A stretch of 54,103 nucleotides of DNA from the NCBI GenBank assembly GCA_046759165.1, contig JBHIBS010000008.1, positions 1-54,103 of the forward strand, written 5' to 3'. Below are positions 10,250 to 20,753 of the stretch, one piece after another. The position numbers and the translations under genes were made by a program. Positions within the stretch are counted from its first letter, which is position 1, and each line of letters starts with the position of its first letter. This DNA comes from a bacterium. GTDB taxonomy: Bacteria; UBA6262; WVXT01. The notes under the pieces were generated by a model that had not been told where the DNA came from, did no database searches, and saw only the letters and a list, made by a program, of their open reading frames with translations.

Positions 10250-10328
10250 ATTATACTTAACAGAATGAGTAAAGTCAAACTCTTTTTCCACATTTCTCTT
10301 GACAGTAAAATGTCTTTAAGTGTAAAAT
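10250..10328. promoter_or_regulatory. Divergent sigma70-type promoters
   Basis: Minus TTGACT-N17-TATAAT (10278-10250); plus TTGACA-N18-TAAAAT (10299-10328) before tRNA-Leu. Confidence 0.65.
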
Positions 10329-10339
10329 TAATGTGGAGT

Positions 10340-10423
10340 GCCAGAGTGGCGGAATTGGCATACGCGACGGTCTCAAAAACCGTTGTCCTTCGGGATGTGT
10401 GGGTTCAAGTCCCACCTCTGGCA
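10340..10423 (+). tRNA. tRNA-Leu(CAA)
   Basis: GCCAGAG...ACGGT-CTCAAAA-ACCGT, long variable arm, GGTTCAAGTCC, CTCTGGCA; CCA not encoded. Confidence 0.95.
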
Positions 10424-10710
10424 TACCTTCTTGATTACAATAGACAAAGCATGCCGTCCCCTGCTAAGCATAATCTCCATCCGCAGGACTTGAAGCCCCT
10501 GAGCGCCGACCTTCTATGAGGGAAAGTGTGGAAGACAGAAGCGCTCAAGCCGATTCCTTCTCCATTCTATCTACCCGCACTATAACCCCTGTGTCCAACA
10601 TAATCTATCTACTTCTCAGGTCTGTTCCTTGACAGAGTGTGGAATTATGTGGCATAATAAGTTTTACTTTCCAGGAGAGGCCCTTTGCGAAACAGTCTAA
10701 GGAGAGGTTA

Positions 10711-11727
10711 TTGAAAAGGCCGAAGTGGCTAATTGTTATTGGAATATTAGTCAGCATTTTATTTCTCTACCTTGCCTTTCGCAGATTTAATGTAGAAGAA
10801 GGTAAAAGGGCATTGAAAATGGCTAATTACTACTGGCTACTCCCCGCAGTAATTTCCTATATGTTTGCATTTTTGATGCGGGGAATAAGATGGCGATACC
10901 TTCTCTTGCCCATAAAAAAATGTAAGATATTAAACTTAATTTCAACAATCTTTATTGGATTTATGGCAAATAATCTTTTGCCCCTGCGGGTTGGAGAACT
11001 GATCCGTGCCTATATGAATGGAAAAAAGGAGAATATCAGCAAGAGCTCCTCGCTGGCCACAATTGTTGTAGAAAGAGTCTTTGATGGACTTGCCCTGGTC
11101 ATTCTTCTATTGGTAGCATTCCTTTTTCTGGGAAGTGGTTCCTATCCACGACACTCTTTTCCTCAATGGCTCAAAAAGATGATTTACGTTGCCTGGTTCC
11201 TATTTTTAGGTATACTAATTCTTCTCTACATAATGATGCGTTCCAAAGAGCTAACTCGCAAAGTCATCAAATACCTGTTTAGCTTCCTTAAAGAACCTGT
11301 TTTGAAAAAAATACTTAACTTAACAAGCTCCTTTATTGAGGGACTAAATGTCTTACGTCAACGGAGGGAGATACTGATCGTTTCCTCTCTCTCTATCCTG
11401 GTATGGACTTTTGAAGGGACAACGTTCTATCTGGGAGCAAAAGCGCTCAATTTATTCATATCTTACCCTCAAGCCTACCTTACAATGGTAGTAATAGCAC
11501 TGGGCTTAGTCATTCCATCCTCTCCGGCTTTTGTTGGAGTCTATGAATATTTCTGCGTCACTGCTCTTGCCCTTTTTGCAATTGATAAGAGTCTTGCCTT
11601 AAGCTATGCTGTACTTCTACATTTCCTTCAATTTAGTTTACTGGTAGGCCTGGGCCTCTTCTTCTTGTGGAAAGAGAATCTTTCTCTTGGGAAATTGAAA
11701 GAGGAAGTTAAGGATTATTCTTCATAA
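10711..11727 (+). CDS. Lysylphosphatidylglycerol synthase TM / flippase-like membrane protein
   Basis: RW..LL, NNLLPLRVGE..R, ERVFD, PSSP..VG..E motifs; probable TTG start at 10711 after AGGAGAGG. Confidence 0.85.
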   Translation: MKRPKWLIVIGILVSILFLYLAFRRFNVEEGKRALKMANYYWLLPAVISYMFAFLMRGIRWRYLLLPIKKCKILNLISTIFIGFMANNLLPLRVGELIRAYMNGKKENISKSSSLATIVVERVFDGLALVILLLVAFLFLGSGSYPRHSFPQWLKKMIYVAWFLFLGILILLYIMMRSKELTRKVIKYLFSFLKEPVLKKILNLTSSFIEGLNVLRQRREILIVSSLSILVWTFEGTTFYLGAKALNLFISYPQAYLTMVVIALGLVIPSSPAFVGVYEYFCVTALALFAIDKSLALSYAVLLHFLQFSLLVGLGLFFLWKENLSLGKLKEEVKDYSS

Positions 11728-13385
11728 TTTAGTAAAGCCTTCTTACCCAAGTGAAGAGGCAACCAAATCACAGTCAGATTGACGATAACGAAAACAGCAA
11801 TTATAATGGCAATTGCAGGCCAATAAAAGCTATCCTTAACACTAAGGGAATACTGGAAATAGCTTCTGACTGGCAAAGCCTCCAGTGCAATAATTACACC
11901 TACATAAAAGAGTGCATAAATCATGAATAAAATTCCGCCAAGCGATGATTCAACCTGAGAGATGTTCTCCACATGAAACTTAGGATAGATCGCTCCCATT
12001 CCCAATGCCAGACTAGTCAATGCCACTACCATCACTTCCACACTTCCCAAAGAGAGAAGGGCCATGAAAATATCAGCTTTTAAAAACAGATTTGAAACCA
12101 AAACCAAAAACCCTCCCAGAATCAGTAAGGGAAAAAGGCTAATCCAGAACTTTTCTTTCAAAAATCTCTTTAGAGAAACGGGCGAACTCTGAATAATCCA
12201 GAAGGAGGACCCTTCAAGACTTACTGCTGGATAAACAAAGCGAAGAGCCAAAGCTGCCAAAACGAATCCAGCTAAACCTATATTTAGAAAAGAGAGGAGG
12301 CTCTTCAAATAGACGGTATCCAGTGGCAATTTATAAATATTAAAGAGATAAACAATTACCAGCGCTCCCAAAAGAAAGAGTTGAGACCACTGACCAGTAT
12401 CTCGAAAGAAGAGTTTAATATCTTTCTGTAAAAGTGCTCTTATCTGTCGAGAGAAACCTTTAAAGAGAAATCCAATCACTTTTCCTATTCTATCTTTTCT
12501 CAGACTCTGGCTGGCACCCTCTTGGGCACTCGCCCAGTTGGAATAGTATGTTCCAGTTGCTAAAAGGAGACTAATTAAAAACACACCTATCCCTACTGAA
12601 AGGAGAATTGAAAAAAATTGAATATACCCAAGAAAGTCCCTGTGGGTCGCAAAGGCAACTGCCTGAGTAATCCAGAAGCTCGGTAAGAACTTCGAAGTGG
12701 GCGCTCTTATCATAGCGAGATAGTTCAGCACACTACCGATGGATTCAGGTTTAACCAGCTTCTCTGGCTGGAGGAACCGAAAGAGTAGGTATAACCCACC
12801 TCCTAAGAATACAGCCAGAACTAAAAGGATATCCCTTGTCTTTCTTGTAGGGAAAAAGTGCATAAGAATTAGAGAGAAAATAACTCCCACACTTGCGGCA
12901 ATTACTAAAAATGGTATCAACACGAAGACGACCTGGAGATAGAATGGAACTTTTAACGAATAGGTTTTTCCGTACGCCAAAAGAAATGGGGAGAAAGCAA
13001 GAACCACCATCCACGAAGAATAGATTAGGGTCTCCAGAAACTTAATTCCAAAAATTGAACGGAATGCGAAGGGAGTGGACAGTAGGAAGGGTAAGTCGGA
13101 AGAGAAATAGACAGTGGAAAAGGAAGTGATGACATTACTGAAAACAAGCATCGCTAAAAAGGTAAGAAAGACCATAGAAAGAAGCTTAACCACCAATATC
13201 GGGCCAAGAAGGGGAATTTCCCGAACATAGGTTAAGACACGGTAAAATCCGCTATATAACGCCCAGAGAAAGAGAAGGCCAATTCCCAACAGGAAACCGT
13301 CTTTTATTTTTGCCCCCGCGCCCATAAACCGGAACCGATTTCTCACTTCCCGAAGCTTCATTTGACATAAGAGAGCAATCTCCAT
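11715..13385 (-). CDS. Putative ABC exporter permease
   Basis: Many TM helices, D...L.S.P and KD...F.RD motifs, next to ABC ATPase. Confidence 0.8.
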   Translation of the reverse strand: MEIALLCQMKLREVRNRFRFMGAGAKIKDGFLLGIGLLFLWALYSGFYRVLTYVREIPLLGPILVVKLLSMVFLTFLAMLVFSNVITSFSTVYFSSDLPFLLSTPFAFRSIFGIKFLETLIYSSWMVVLAFSPFLLAYGKTYSLKVPFYLQVVFVLIPFLVIAASVGVIFSLILMHFFPTRKTRDILLVLAVFLGGGLYLLFRFLQPEKLVKPESIGSVLNYLAMIRAPTSKFLPSFWITQAVAFATHRDFLGYIQFFSILLSVGIGVFLISLLLATGTYYSNWASAQEGASQSLRKDRIGKVIGFLFKGFSRQIRALLQKDIKLFFRDTGQWSQLFLLGALVIVYLFNIYKLPLDTVYLKSLLSFLNIGLAGFVLAALALRFVYPAVSLEGSSFWIIQSSPVSLKRFLKEKFWISLFPLLILGGFLVLVSNLFLKADIFMALLSLGSVEVMVVALTSLALGMGAIYPKFHVENISQVESSLGGILFMIYALFYVGVIIALEALPVRSYFQYSLSVKDSFYWPAIAIIIAVFVIVNLTVIWLPLHLGKKALLNYEE

Positions 13386-13438
13386 TTGTAGTGCAAGTAC
13401 CTTTCCTTTTTATAAAGAACTCCGCATCCCAGTCAATA

Positions 13439-14209
13439 TCACTCTAAATATTTCAATAATTCCTTGTATTCACGCCCACCAGTCAACTTTAGAAATATAT
13501 CCTCCAGACCTGCTCGCTCGGCCATTCCCCCTTCTCTTTCTGCCTCTCTTCTCAAATCCTCATTTGTGCCCAAGGCAACTAATCTCCCCTCGTGGATAAT
13601 CCCAATGCGGTGGCACAATTTCTCAGCGATCTCCAGCGTATGAGTGGACATAAAAATTGTCACCTTCCTTTGAGAAAGCTCCTGGAAAATACTCTTTACC
13701 AATCTCCCCGCCTTGGGGTCTAAACCCACCAGGGGCTCATCTAAGAACATTACTTTTGGGTTGTGCAGAAGGACAGAGGCCATTATCAACCTTCGCTGCA
13801 TCCCATGAGAATAATCTTCGATCAAGACGCCTTTCCATTCATTTATCTCAAATAAAGAGAGAAACTCTGGTATTCTTCTCCTCTTCACTTCAAGTGGGAC
13901 TTCATATAAATCTGCGACAAAATTTAGAAACTCACCACCCGTTAATTTCTGATAAAGGAAGGGCCGGTCAGGGACTAGACCAATAATCTTCTTAGCTCTT
14001 TCCGGCTCCTTCTGAATATCGTATCCTCCGACCAGCGCCTGACCACTGGTCGGTTTGAGGAGTCCTGTCAATATTCTTATTGTGGTAGTCTTCCCTGCTC
14101 CATTGGGTCCCAAGAAACCGAAAATTTCTCCCGCAGGGATATCCAAATTCAGGTTATCCACTGCAATCAAATGACCAAATCTTTTGGTAAGATTTACAGT
14201 TCTAATCAT
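13439..14209 (-). CDS. ABC transporter ATP-binding protein
   Basis: GPNGAGKTT, YSHGM, LDEP.VGLDP. Confidence 0.92.
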   Translation of the reverse strand: MIRTVNLTKRFGHLIAVDNLNLDIPAGEIFGFLGPNGAGKTTTIRILTGLLKPTSGQALVGGYDIQKEPERAKKIIGLVPDRPFLYQKLTGGEFLNFVADLYEVPLEVKRRRIPEFLSLFEINEWKGVLIEDYSHGMQRRLIMASVLLHNPKVMFLDEPLVGLDPKAGRLVKSIFQELSQRKVTIFMSTHTLEIAEKLCHRIGIIHEGRLVALGTNEDLRREAEREGGMAERAGLEDIFLKLTGGREYKELLKYLE

Positions 14210-14227
14210 TCTGAGTCACTATGCCAC

Positions 14228-15091
14228 TCAATATTCTCTCTCTACCCAGCGAAGAGGGTCGACCGGGACACCGTGGACATATAATCCCCAATGGAGATGG
14301 GGACCTGTAGCAAGACCCGTCTCCCCCACCTTGCCAATTATCTGTCCTTTAGTAATCTTATCTCCTTTTCTAACATTAATGGACTTTAAGTGGAGATAGA
14401 TTGTGGTTACGCCTTGGCCGTGATCAATCATTACGGTTTTCCCGTGAACATAAAAACCCTCCTCCGCCAGAATAACCTCACCGCTATTTCCCGCTCGAAC
14501 CAGGGTGCCCTCCGGAACATTTAAATCGACCCCTTTGTGGTTCCAAAGAAATGCTCCGCCAGCCATTCTCTTAACGCCGTATTCTCCAACAATCTTCCCC
14601 TTGACTGGCAGAACGAATTTCCCTCCCCAATTCTGCTTTTTCTTCTCAATTTTTAAGGCACTAAAAATCAAATCTCTCTCTCGTTTATTCAGAGGCGAAC
14701 CAATCAATTTCCTCTTTTCTGGACTGAAGATAACATATGATACAGGAAAAACCTTTCTATTAACAGTCAGGAGCTCATACTTTCTTCTCGCCTTTTTTCC
14801 CCTTCCCTTTTCCACAATTAGAACAGCATACCTGCCAGGAACGAAATTGTATGGCAGTCCAATCAATGTCCTAAGAGAGCCTTTTTCTGTGGGATAGATA
14901 GGATACTCCCTTGCATTAAACCAGCAGGAATATTTGCTTCCACTGTTTACCCCTTTAACCTCTACTGTCAGAGTATCACCTTGGATTGGGACAGTGGTAG
15001 AAAGACCAATTTCAAAAGACCACGCCCGAAAATTGAGAATGAGAAGTAGTAAGATTAGAATTAACGTCCTCATTGCAAAAATCAATCTCAC
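14228..15091 (-). CDS. M23 family metallopeptidase
   Basis: HKGVD, YLHL, TGPHLHW motifs; signal peptide. Confidence 0.9.
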   Translation of the reverse strand: MRLIFAMRTLILILLLLILNFRAWSFEIGLSTTVPIQGDTLTVEVKGVNSGSKYSCWFNAREYPIYPTEKGSLRTLIGLPYNFVPGRYAVLIVEKGRGKKARRKYELLTVNRKVFPVSYVIFSPEKRKLIGSPLNKRERDLIFSALKIEKKKQNWGGKFVLPVKGKIVGEYGVKRMAGGAFLWNHKGVDLNVPEGTLVRAGNSGEVILAEEGFYVHGKTVMIDHGQGVTTIYLHLKSINVRKGDKITKGQIIGKVGETGLATGPHLHWGLYVHGVPVDPLRWVEREY

Positions 15092-15147
15092 TCCTCACAG
15101 AAGTGCCTCCTGCATTGAAGCAGAACTCCACTCTCACATTACCAACA

Positions 15148-15305
15148 TTTAAAACACAGTTTGTGAAGGGCTTCAGGAGTTTCAGCCAAAAAAAGAAGAC
15201 GACGCATTTTCTTGGAAGCAAATCATTGCATGATTCTAACTCCTGAGATTATTGGCCGTGCTCGAACAGGAAAAATTATTAACCACAGGAACCAAATCCT
15301 AAGTC
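15148..15305. repeat. Copy C (right-truncated) of the dispersed repeat family
   Basis: TTTAAAA..CAGTTTGTGAAG left end and block AACTCCTGAGATT.TTGGC.GTGCTCGAA...GAACCAAATCC shared with 5820-5881. Confidence 0.65.
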
Positions 15306-15433
15306 ACCTAATACAAAAAATCGCCCCGCGTCTACGGGGCAAGCTTTCCATTTAGAGGGACTGGCTTTCTCAAACTCGCATGTGAATATTCAATATTAAA
15401 TCTTACATGTTATTCATTACTGGCGTAGATTTC

Positions 15434-15655
15434 TTAAATTGCCTTTACCTCCTTAACTCCAGGAACTTGCTTCTTCAATTCTTGAGCGATACCCATTTCC
15501 ACTGTCACCCTGGACACTGGACAGCCACGACAGGCTCCGGTCAATCTTACCTTAACCACGCCTTCATCTGTAACTTCCAGCAACTCCACATCTCCGCCAT
15601 CGGCTTGAAGGGCTGGCCGAATCCTGGATAATGCCTTTTCCACTTCTTCTCTCAT
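15434..15655 (-). CDS. NifU/NfuA-like Fe-S scaffold protein
   Basis: IRPALQADGGDVEL and GACRGCP motifs. Confidence 0.9.
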   Translation of the reverse strand: MREEVEKALSRIRPALQADGGDVELLEVTDEGVVKVRLTGACRGCPVSRVTVEMGIAQELKKQVPGVKEVKAI

Positions 15656-15673
15656 TTTATCTCCTTATTCTCA

Positions 15674-17041
15674 TTACAATATGGGTAGATACTTCTGCAA
15701 TTCATAGTCTGTAACCTGAATGCGATAGCGGTCCCACTCAATCTTCTTATTATCGATGAATTTGTTGAAGATATGTTCACCCAGAGTTTCCTTAACAAGG
15801 TGGCTCTTCTCAGTAATCTGTATCGCCTCGATTAGACTCCCCGGAAGCAATTTTATCCCTTGGGTTTCCTTTTCCTGGTCACTCAGGAGAAAGATATCCT
15901 TTTCTATTGGAGCTGGTAGCTCATATCCTTTTTCTATCCCTTCCAGACCAGCCGCCAACATCACTGCAAAACTTAAATAGGGATTACAGGCAGGGTCGGG
16001 ACTTCTCAGCTCTGCACGAGTGGACATCTCCTCCCCTGGCTTATACATTGGAACGCGTACCAGTGCCGAACGGTTCCTCTGTCCCCAACAGATATAAACG
16101 GGCGCTTCATATCCTGGAACCAACCTCTTGTAGGAGTTGACCCACTGGTTGCAAATTGAAGTAATCTCCTGAGCGTGAAAAAGGAGACCAGCAATAAACG
16201 CTTTACCCTCTTGGGAAAGGTGATACTTATCCCGGCCATCAAACAAGGCATTCTTATTTCCTTTGAATAACGATTGATGCGTATGCATCCCAGAACCATT
16301 CTGGCCAAAGAGAGGCTTTGGCATAAAAGTGGCATAGACACCCCTTCTCCAGGCCACCTCCTTAACAATAACCTTATATGTCTGGACGTTGTCTCCCATA
16401 GTCAGGGCATCGGCGAAGCGTAAGTCTATCTCATGCTGGGAGTGTGCCACTTCATGATGACTATATTCTACAGGAATTCCCATCCTCTCCAGATAAAGGA
16501 CGGTCTCCTTCCGTAAATCGTGAGCCATATCCAGAGGCAATAGGTCGAAATAACCGCCTGCATCAAGGACATCTGTACCTTTCTCACTCTTGAAATAGAA
16601 ATACTCAATTTCCGGGCCCACATAATAAGTATAGCCCATCTTCTTTGCCTTCTGCAGGTTCTTCTTCAGAATATAACGGGGATCTCCCTCATATGGAGAA
16701 CCATCGGGATGCAGTATATCACAGAACATTCTACCCACAGCGCCCTCTTCCACAGCTCCTCTCGTCTTTTCTCCTTGAGTTTCTGAGTGCTCCCAGGAAA
16801 GCTCCAAAGGGAAAATCTGGAATGTTGAGGGATCGGGTAGAGCTACAAGATCGCTCTCAAAAATTCTGGCAAACCCTTCAACTGAAGACCCATCGAAACC
16901 CATCCCGTCATCTAAGGCCCTTGGCAATTCCCTCTCTGTAATTGCTACACTTTTCAACTGCCCAAGAATGTCTGTAAACCAGAGACGAATAAATTTGATT
17001 CCCTTTTCTCTTACGACCTTCAATACATCTTTTTCAGTCAT
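15674..17041 (-). CDS. glnA: Glutamine synthetase type I
   Basis: FDGSS, HHEVA, FMPKP..GQNGSGMH, SYKRLVPGYEAP, NRSAL.R, ELRSPDP..NPY. Confidence 0.95.
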   Translation of the reverse strand: MTEKDVLKVVREKGIKFIRLWFTDILGQLKSVAITERELPRALDDGMGFDGSSVEGFARIFESDLVALPDPSTFQIFPLELSWEHSETQGEKTRGAVEEGAVGRMFCDILHPDGSPYEGDPRYILKKNLQKAKKMGYTYYVGPEIEYFYFKSEKGTDVLDAGGYFDLLPLDMAHDLRKETVLYLERMGIPVEYSHHEVAHSQHEIDLRFADALTMGDNVQTYKVIVKEVAWRRGVYATFMPKPLFGQNGSGMHTHQSLFKGNKNALFDGRDKYHLSQEGKAFIAGLLFHAQEITSICNQWVNSYKRLVPGYEAPVYICWGQRNRSALVRVPMYKPGEEMSTRAELRSPDPACNPYLSFAVMLAAGLEGIEKGYELPAPIEKDIFLLSDQEKETQGIKLLPGSLIEAIQITEKSHLVKETLGEHIFNKFIDNKKIEWDRYRIQVTDYELQKYLPIL

Positions 17042-17079
17042 GATTCCTCTCCTTTAAGTCGTGGAATCTATAACCCACT

Positions 17080-18468
17080 TTATAAGTGGATCCTACCCTC
17101 CATGCTTGTTGTTTTTGCTGGCCTACCAAAAGCGTCGAAGGTCTGCCTATGGATAATGACCAAAGCTACATGAGGATCAACGTGGTATCCGACTTCCGTG
17201 GTAAGAATAGTATTGGGTCCATTAACTTTAATTAAATCTTCCCACGTGTCGGCATTCCTTTTATCATAGGAGAATAGAACGCTGAACTTATCCATCAACA
17301 GCGAAGGATGAACCCTCACACTAGCCCTGAAATGGGGATAGATACCGGTTGGGTCGTGATTGTAATTTTCGAATGAGGCTGAGAGGGCAATCCTATTTAG
17401 AAGATTATAAGCAAACTCAACATAAGGTCCTGTCTTTATCGGCCTTCTCCTCCCGGGAATTCTCGATGCTTTACCCTCTTTCCTATCAACCTCATAATAT
17501 GAATCGAAATACGAAGGGATGAAGTTGTATTCAAGTCTCCTGAACTCTAAACGATAACTTATCCCAACTAATATGCCTCCCATAAGACCCAGAGCCCAAC
17601 CTTTTCCCCCATCAAGAGAGAAAGGAGGCGTATACTTCGTATACTTCTTCCCCAGGCTCATCTGAGCAAAATCTATATATGATAATATAGAGATAACGGG
17701 GTGCTCCAAAAGGGGAAGGTCCAAATCTCCTCCAAAGACTGTAATTTGGTCGTCCTTGGTAGATCTCTTGGCATCCGGGTCCTGGTCACTAACACAGGTG
17801 AAGCCCAGACCAAGCCTGGGCAGAAGGGGAAGATAGGAACTATAAAATGGTCTATAATATGCCCGACCTCCGTAAATCTCTGCCCTGACAAGATTGTTGA
17901 AGAAAGACTCAAAGCCGTGCGTCCCGAAATCGAGGTCCAACTCGAACCCGACCTTTTTTATATCTGGATAGCGAAGCATATTGGTATAGTGGGCTATAAT
18001 CAGTCCATGGCCCAGAGTCACATCCTTAAATCCACCCAGATAAACGTATACTGGCTCATATTTATGACTGTAACGAGCATACCAGATTTTCTCTATAGTT
18101 TTACTCCAGGTCCAATCTTCTTTCCTGACGTTACTGTTTTCGTCAAAATAGAACTCCAAGTTTAAACCAAAGCCAAACTTCCCAATAGTAAGTTCGGGCT
18201 GTAAAGCTAACTTATAATAGATCTTCTGGTCTCCTGTCTTAAGGTCAGTCAATATTGCGGTTCCGAAGCTCCCATACATATCGAAAGAAGCCTTCGTAGA
18301 TTCTCTTTTCTTTGGTTCTTCCTGGTGCGGGGAGGCCTCCTCCCGCCTTTCTTTCTCCGTATAAGATGCCTCAACTTCTTGTCCATATATATAGGCCAGG
18401 TTAACTGAAGCAAATACTACTATTCCAAGTAATAGTAATGGAACGCCGAAAATTTCCTTTTTTCCCAT
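17080..18468 (-). CDS. Exported hypothetical protein, probable outer-membrane beta-barrel
   Basis: Signal peptide; aromatic/Gly-rich alternating beta-strand pattern. Confidence 0.55.
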   Translation of the reverse strand: MGKKEIFGVPLLLLGIVVFASVNLAYIYGQEVEASYTEKERREEASPHQEEPKKRESTKASFDMYGSFGTAILTDLKTGDQKIYYKLALQPELTIGKFGFGLNLEFYFDENSNVRKEDWTWSKTIEKIWYARYSHKYEPVYVYLGGFKDVTLGHGLIIAHYTNMLRYPDIKKVGFELDLDFGTHGFESFFNNLVRAEIYGGRAYYRPFYSSYLPLLPRLGLGFTCVSDQDPDAKRSTKDDQITVFGGDLDLPLLEHPVISILSYIDFAQMSLGKKYTKYTPPFSLDGGKGWALGLMGGILVGISYRLEFRRLEYNFIPSYFDSYYEVDRKEGKASRIPGRRRPIKTGPYVEFAYNLLNRIALSASFENYNHDPTGIYPHFRASVRVHPSLLMDKFSVLFSYDKRNADTWEDLIKVNGPNTILTTEVGYHVDPHVALVIIHRQTFDAFGRPAKTTSMEGRIHL

Positions 18469-18469
18469 C

Positions 18470-19507
18470 TCAAATCCATGACTCGAGTTCCAAATTTGCC
18501 TCAGCCTTTAGAGACTCGAATGGCCTGGGCACACTATACTCCATCTTATAATATCCCACACAGCCAATCATTGCTGCATTATCCGTACATAATGCTGGTG
18601 GGGGATAGTAAAGTTCTATTCCGTTTTCTCCCGCCCGAGTTTTAAAAACATTACGTAAGTGAGAATTTGAAGCTACTCCTCCTCCCAAAACGACTTTCTC
18701 GATGCCTTTCTCTTCTATCACACAAAAAGTCTTTTCCGCCAGCGCCTCAATGGCAGCTCGCTGGAAGCAAGCCGCAATATCGGCAATTGACTGGGATTCT
18801 GTTGGCAACTTATGATTTTTGACAAAATTTACCACAGCAGTCTTAAGTCCACTAAAACTGAAATCTAAAGAGTCGTCCTTCATGTGAGCTAGAGGAAATT
18901 TAATTGCTTCAGCGTCCCCCTTTCGGGCAATTTCATCAATTATTGGCCCGCCGGGGTAACCCAGATGGAGAAGCTTTGCAACCTTGTCAAAAGATTCTCC
19001 CACAGCGTCGTCCCGGGTGCGTCCCAACAGTTCATATTTTCCGTAATCCTCCACAAACAGCAAATCGGAATGGCCCCCAGAGACCACCAAGGCAATAAAA
19101 GGAGGTACAAGCTTCCCAGTCGAAAACCTATTCTCGAGACGCTCTAAAAAATTGGAAAAAATATGTCCTTCTATATGATTGACCGCAATTAGAGGTAAGT
19201 CAAAAGCGTAGGCTATAGCCTTAGCAGTAGCCAAACCAATCAATAGTGCCGTCACCAGGCCAGGTCCATTGGTGACCGCAATGCTATCTAATTCCTTAAA
19301 AGAGCATCCTGCCTTGGAAAGTGCTTGTTCTACTACGAAATTGATTGTTTCCAGATGTTTACGAGAAGCAAGTTCAGGAACAACCCCACCATACTTTCTG
19401 TGAATATCAATCTGCGAAGAGACAATATTGGACAACATCCTTCGACCGTCCTCCACAACACTGGCAGCTGTCTCATCACAGGAAGTCTCAATACCCAAAA
19501 CTAACAT
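18470..19507 (-). CDS. tsaD: tRNA threonylcarbamoyltransferase TsaD
   Basis: LGIETSCDET, GGVVPELASRKH, HIEGH, SGGH, FSFSGLKT, CTDNAAMI. Confidence 0.96.
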   Translation of the reverse strand: MLVLGIETSCDETAASVVEDGRRMLSNIVSSQIDIHRKYGGVVPELASRKHLETINFVVEQALSKAGCSFKELDSIAVTNGPGLVTALLIGLATAKAIAYAFDLPLIAVNHIEGHIFSNFLERLENRFSTGKLVPPFIALVVSGGHSDLLFVEDYGKYELLGRTRDDAVGESFDKVAKLLHLGYPGGPIIDEIARKGDAEAIKFPLAHMKDDSLDFSFSGLKTAVVNFVKNHKLPTESQSIADIAACFQRAAIEALAEKTFCVIEEKGIEKVVLGGGVASNSHLRNVFKTRAGENGIELYYPPPALCTDNAAMIGCVGYYKMEYSVPRPFESLKAEANLELESWI

Positions 19508-19559
19508 AAGTTCTTCCTCAATTAATGTAGCTATAGAGCGAAACTCTGCGTTATAATCA

Positions 19560-19633
19560 TGTCACTCGGAGCGACTGAAAGGAGCGTGGCAATTTGGAGA
19601 TTGCTTCGGTCGCTTCGCTCCCTCGCAATGACA
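19560..19633. repeat. REP-like palindromic element
   Basis: Minus strand GTCATTGCGAGGGAGCGAAGCGACCGAAGCAATCT...GTCGCTCCGAGTGAC, a GTCATTGCGAG/GCAATC-type intergenic palindrome. Confidence 0.6.
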
Positions 19634-19661
19634 GCGCTTTGCTACTACGGAAATGTAGCGG

Positions 19662-20753
19662 CTACTTCAATAATTCCGACAGACTCACAAATTCAATACC
19701 ATCTTCTTTAAATCTAGGAATATACTCTGCTAAGGCATCGGCAGTAAATTTCTTATGCACATGACCAATACCAATCCCTGTTCCAAACTTGAGAACTCTG
19801 CGGCGTAATCTCTCCAATTGCCGGCAGATAGACTTGTATTCGTTCTTTGTATCCAAAAAAATCTGGTTAGAAAGCGCAGGCATTCTCAATTCCCGGGCGA
19901 CCTCTTCTCCAACTGATCGTGGAGAAGTCTTAGAATCGAAGAAGAAGATCCCTTCTCTTTTCAGAACACTCAAAGCTTCTACCATCTTTTCACGATTAAC
20001 TGTGAAGCGAGAACCCTCATGGTTACTGACGCCAGAAACTCCAGGAACAGTTTTAAGGTCCATCAGGATAGTACTTTCTATCTGAGAAGAGTCCATTGAG
20101 ACCAATAAAGCTCCCGGTCCGGGATCAGTCTCGGGATAGCCCTCAGACTCCATAGGTAGGTGAAGAATTGTCTCATACCCTGAATTCTTAAGCTCCCTGG
20201 CAAGGAGATTAGAATAAGGAAGTTGAGGGAGAATGGCGAAGGTCAATGGTATATCTAGGCGCAGGAAATTCTTTACCAGGTCTTTTCGTTGACCGAGGTC
20301 ATCAATAACAATGCTGACTCTATATCTAGCCAAAGGGTAACGGAGAAGGAGATTTTGCATCACTAATGAATGCTTTCCAATTTTCATACTCAGCCAATCT
20401 CCTTTATCACTTAATTCCGCCTCATAAAGCTGAGCTCCTATCCGTCTCAAGGAATCTACAAGCGATTTTTTGTAGCTTTCCATATTGATTTCACGGGGAA
20501 CTCGAACCTCCTTAGTCACCAAGACCCAAGAAACATTGTTTTTCTTTTTTTCTTCTCTATAAATTTTTATTAAATCTTTAGCAGCAACTCCTAATTTTAC
20601 CAGTTCTTCATTAATTATTCCGTCAATCTGTTGAGAGACATTTGTATAGTCAACAGGTCTAATTTTAAAATAGTAGTAGATTACGCCAGCCAGAGCGAGA
20701 GTTATAATTATAAATACGGCTGTCTTTTTACTTTTCTTCTTCTTTCTGGGCAC
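19662..20753 (-). CDS. Divergent polysaccharide deacetylase (YibQ-like)
   Basis: IVIDDLG, LHLPME, NHEGS, FFDSKT, IGH motifs; downstream of the C-terminal processing protease. Confidence 0.9.
   Translation of the reverse strand: MPRKKKKSKKTAVFIIITLALAGVIYYYFKIRPVDYTNVSQQIDGIINEELVKLGVAAKDLIKIYREEKKKNNVSWVLVTKEVRVPREINMESYKKSLVDSLRRIGAQLYEAELSDKGDWLSMKIGKHSLVMQNLLLRYPLARYRVSIVIDDLGQRKDLVKNFLRLDIPLTFAILPQLPYSNLLARELKNSGYETILHLPMESEGYPETDPGPGALLVSMDSSQIESTILMDLKTVPGVSGVSNHEGSRFTVNREKMVEALSVLKREGIFFFDSKTSPRSVGEEVARELRMPALSNQIFLDTKNEYKSICRQLERLRRRVLKFGTGIGIGHVHKKFTADALAEYIPRFKEDGIEFVSLSELLK

Noticed and set aside
10470-10520. CTTCAA-loop hairpin on the minus strand as tRNA-Sec
   Set aside because: No acceptor stem or T-arm can be built around it
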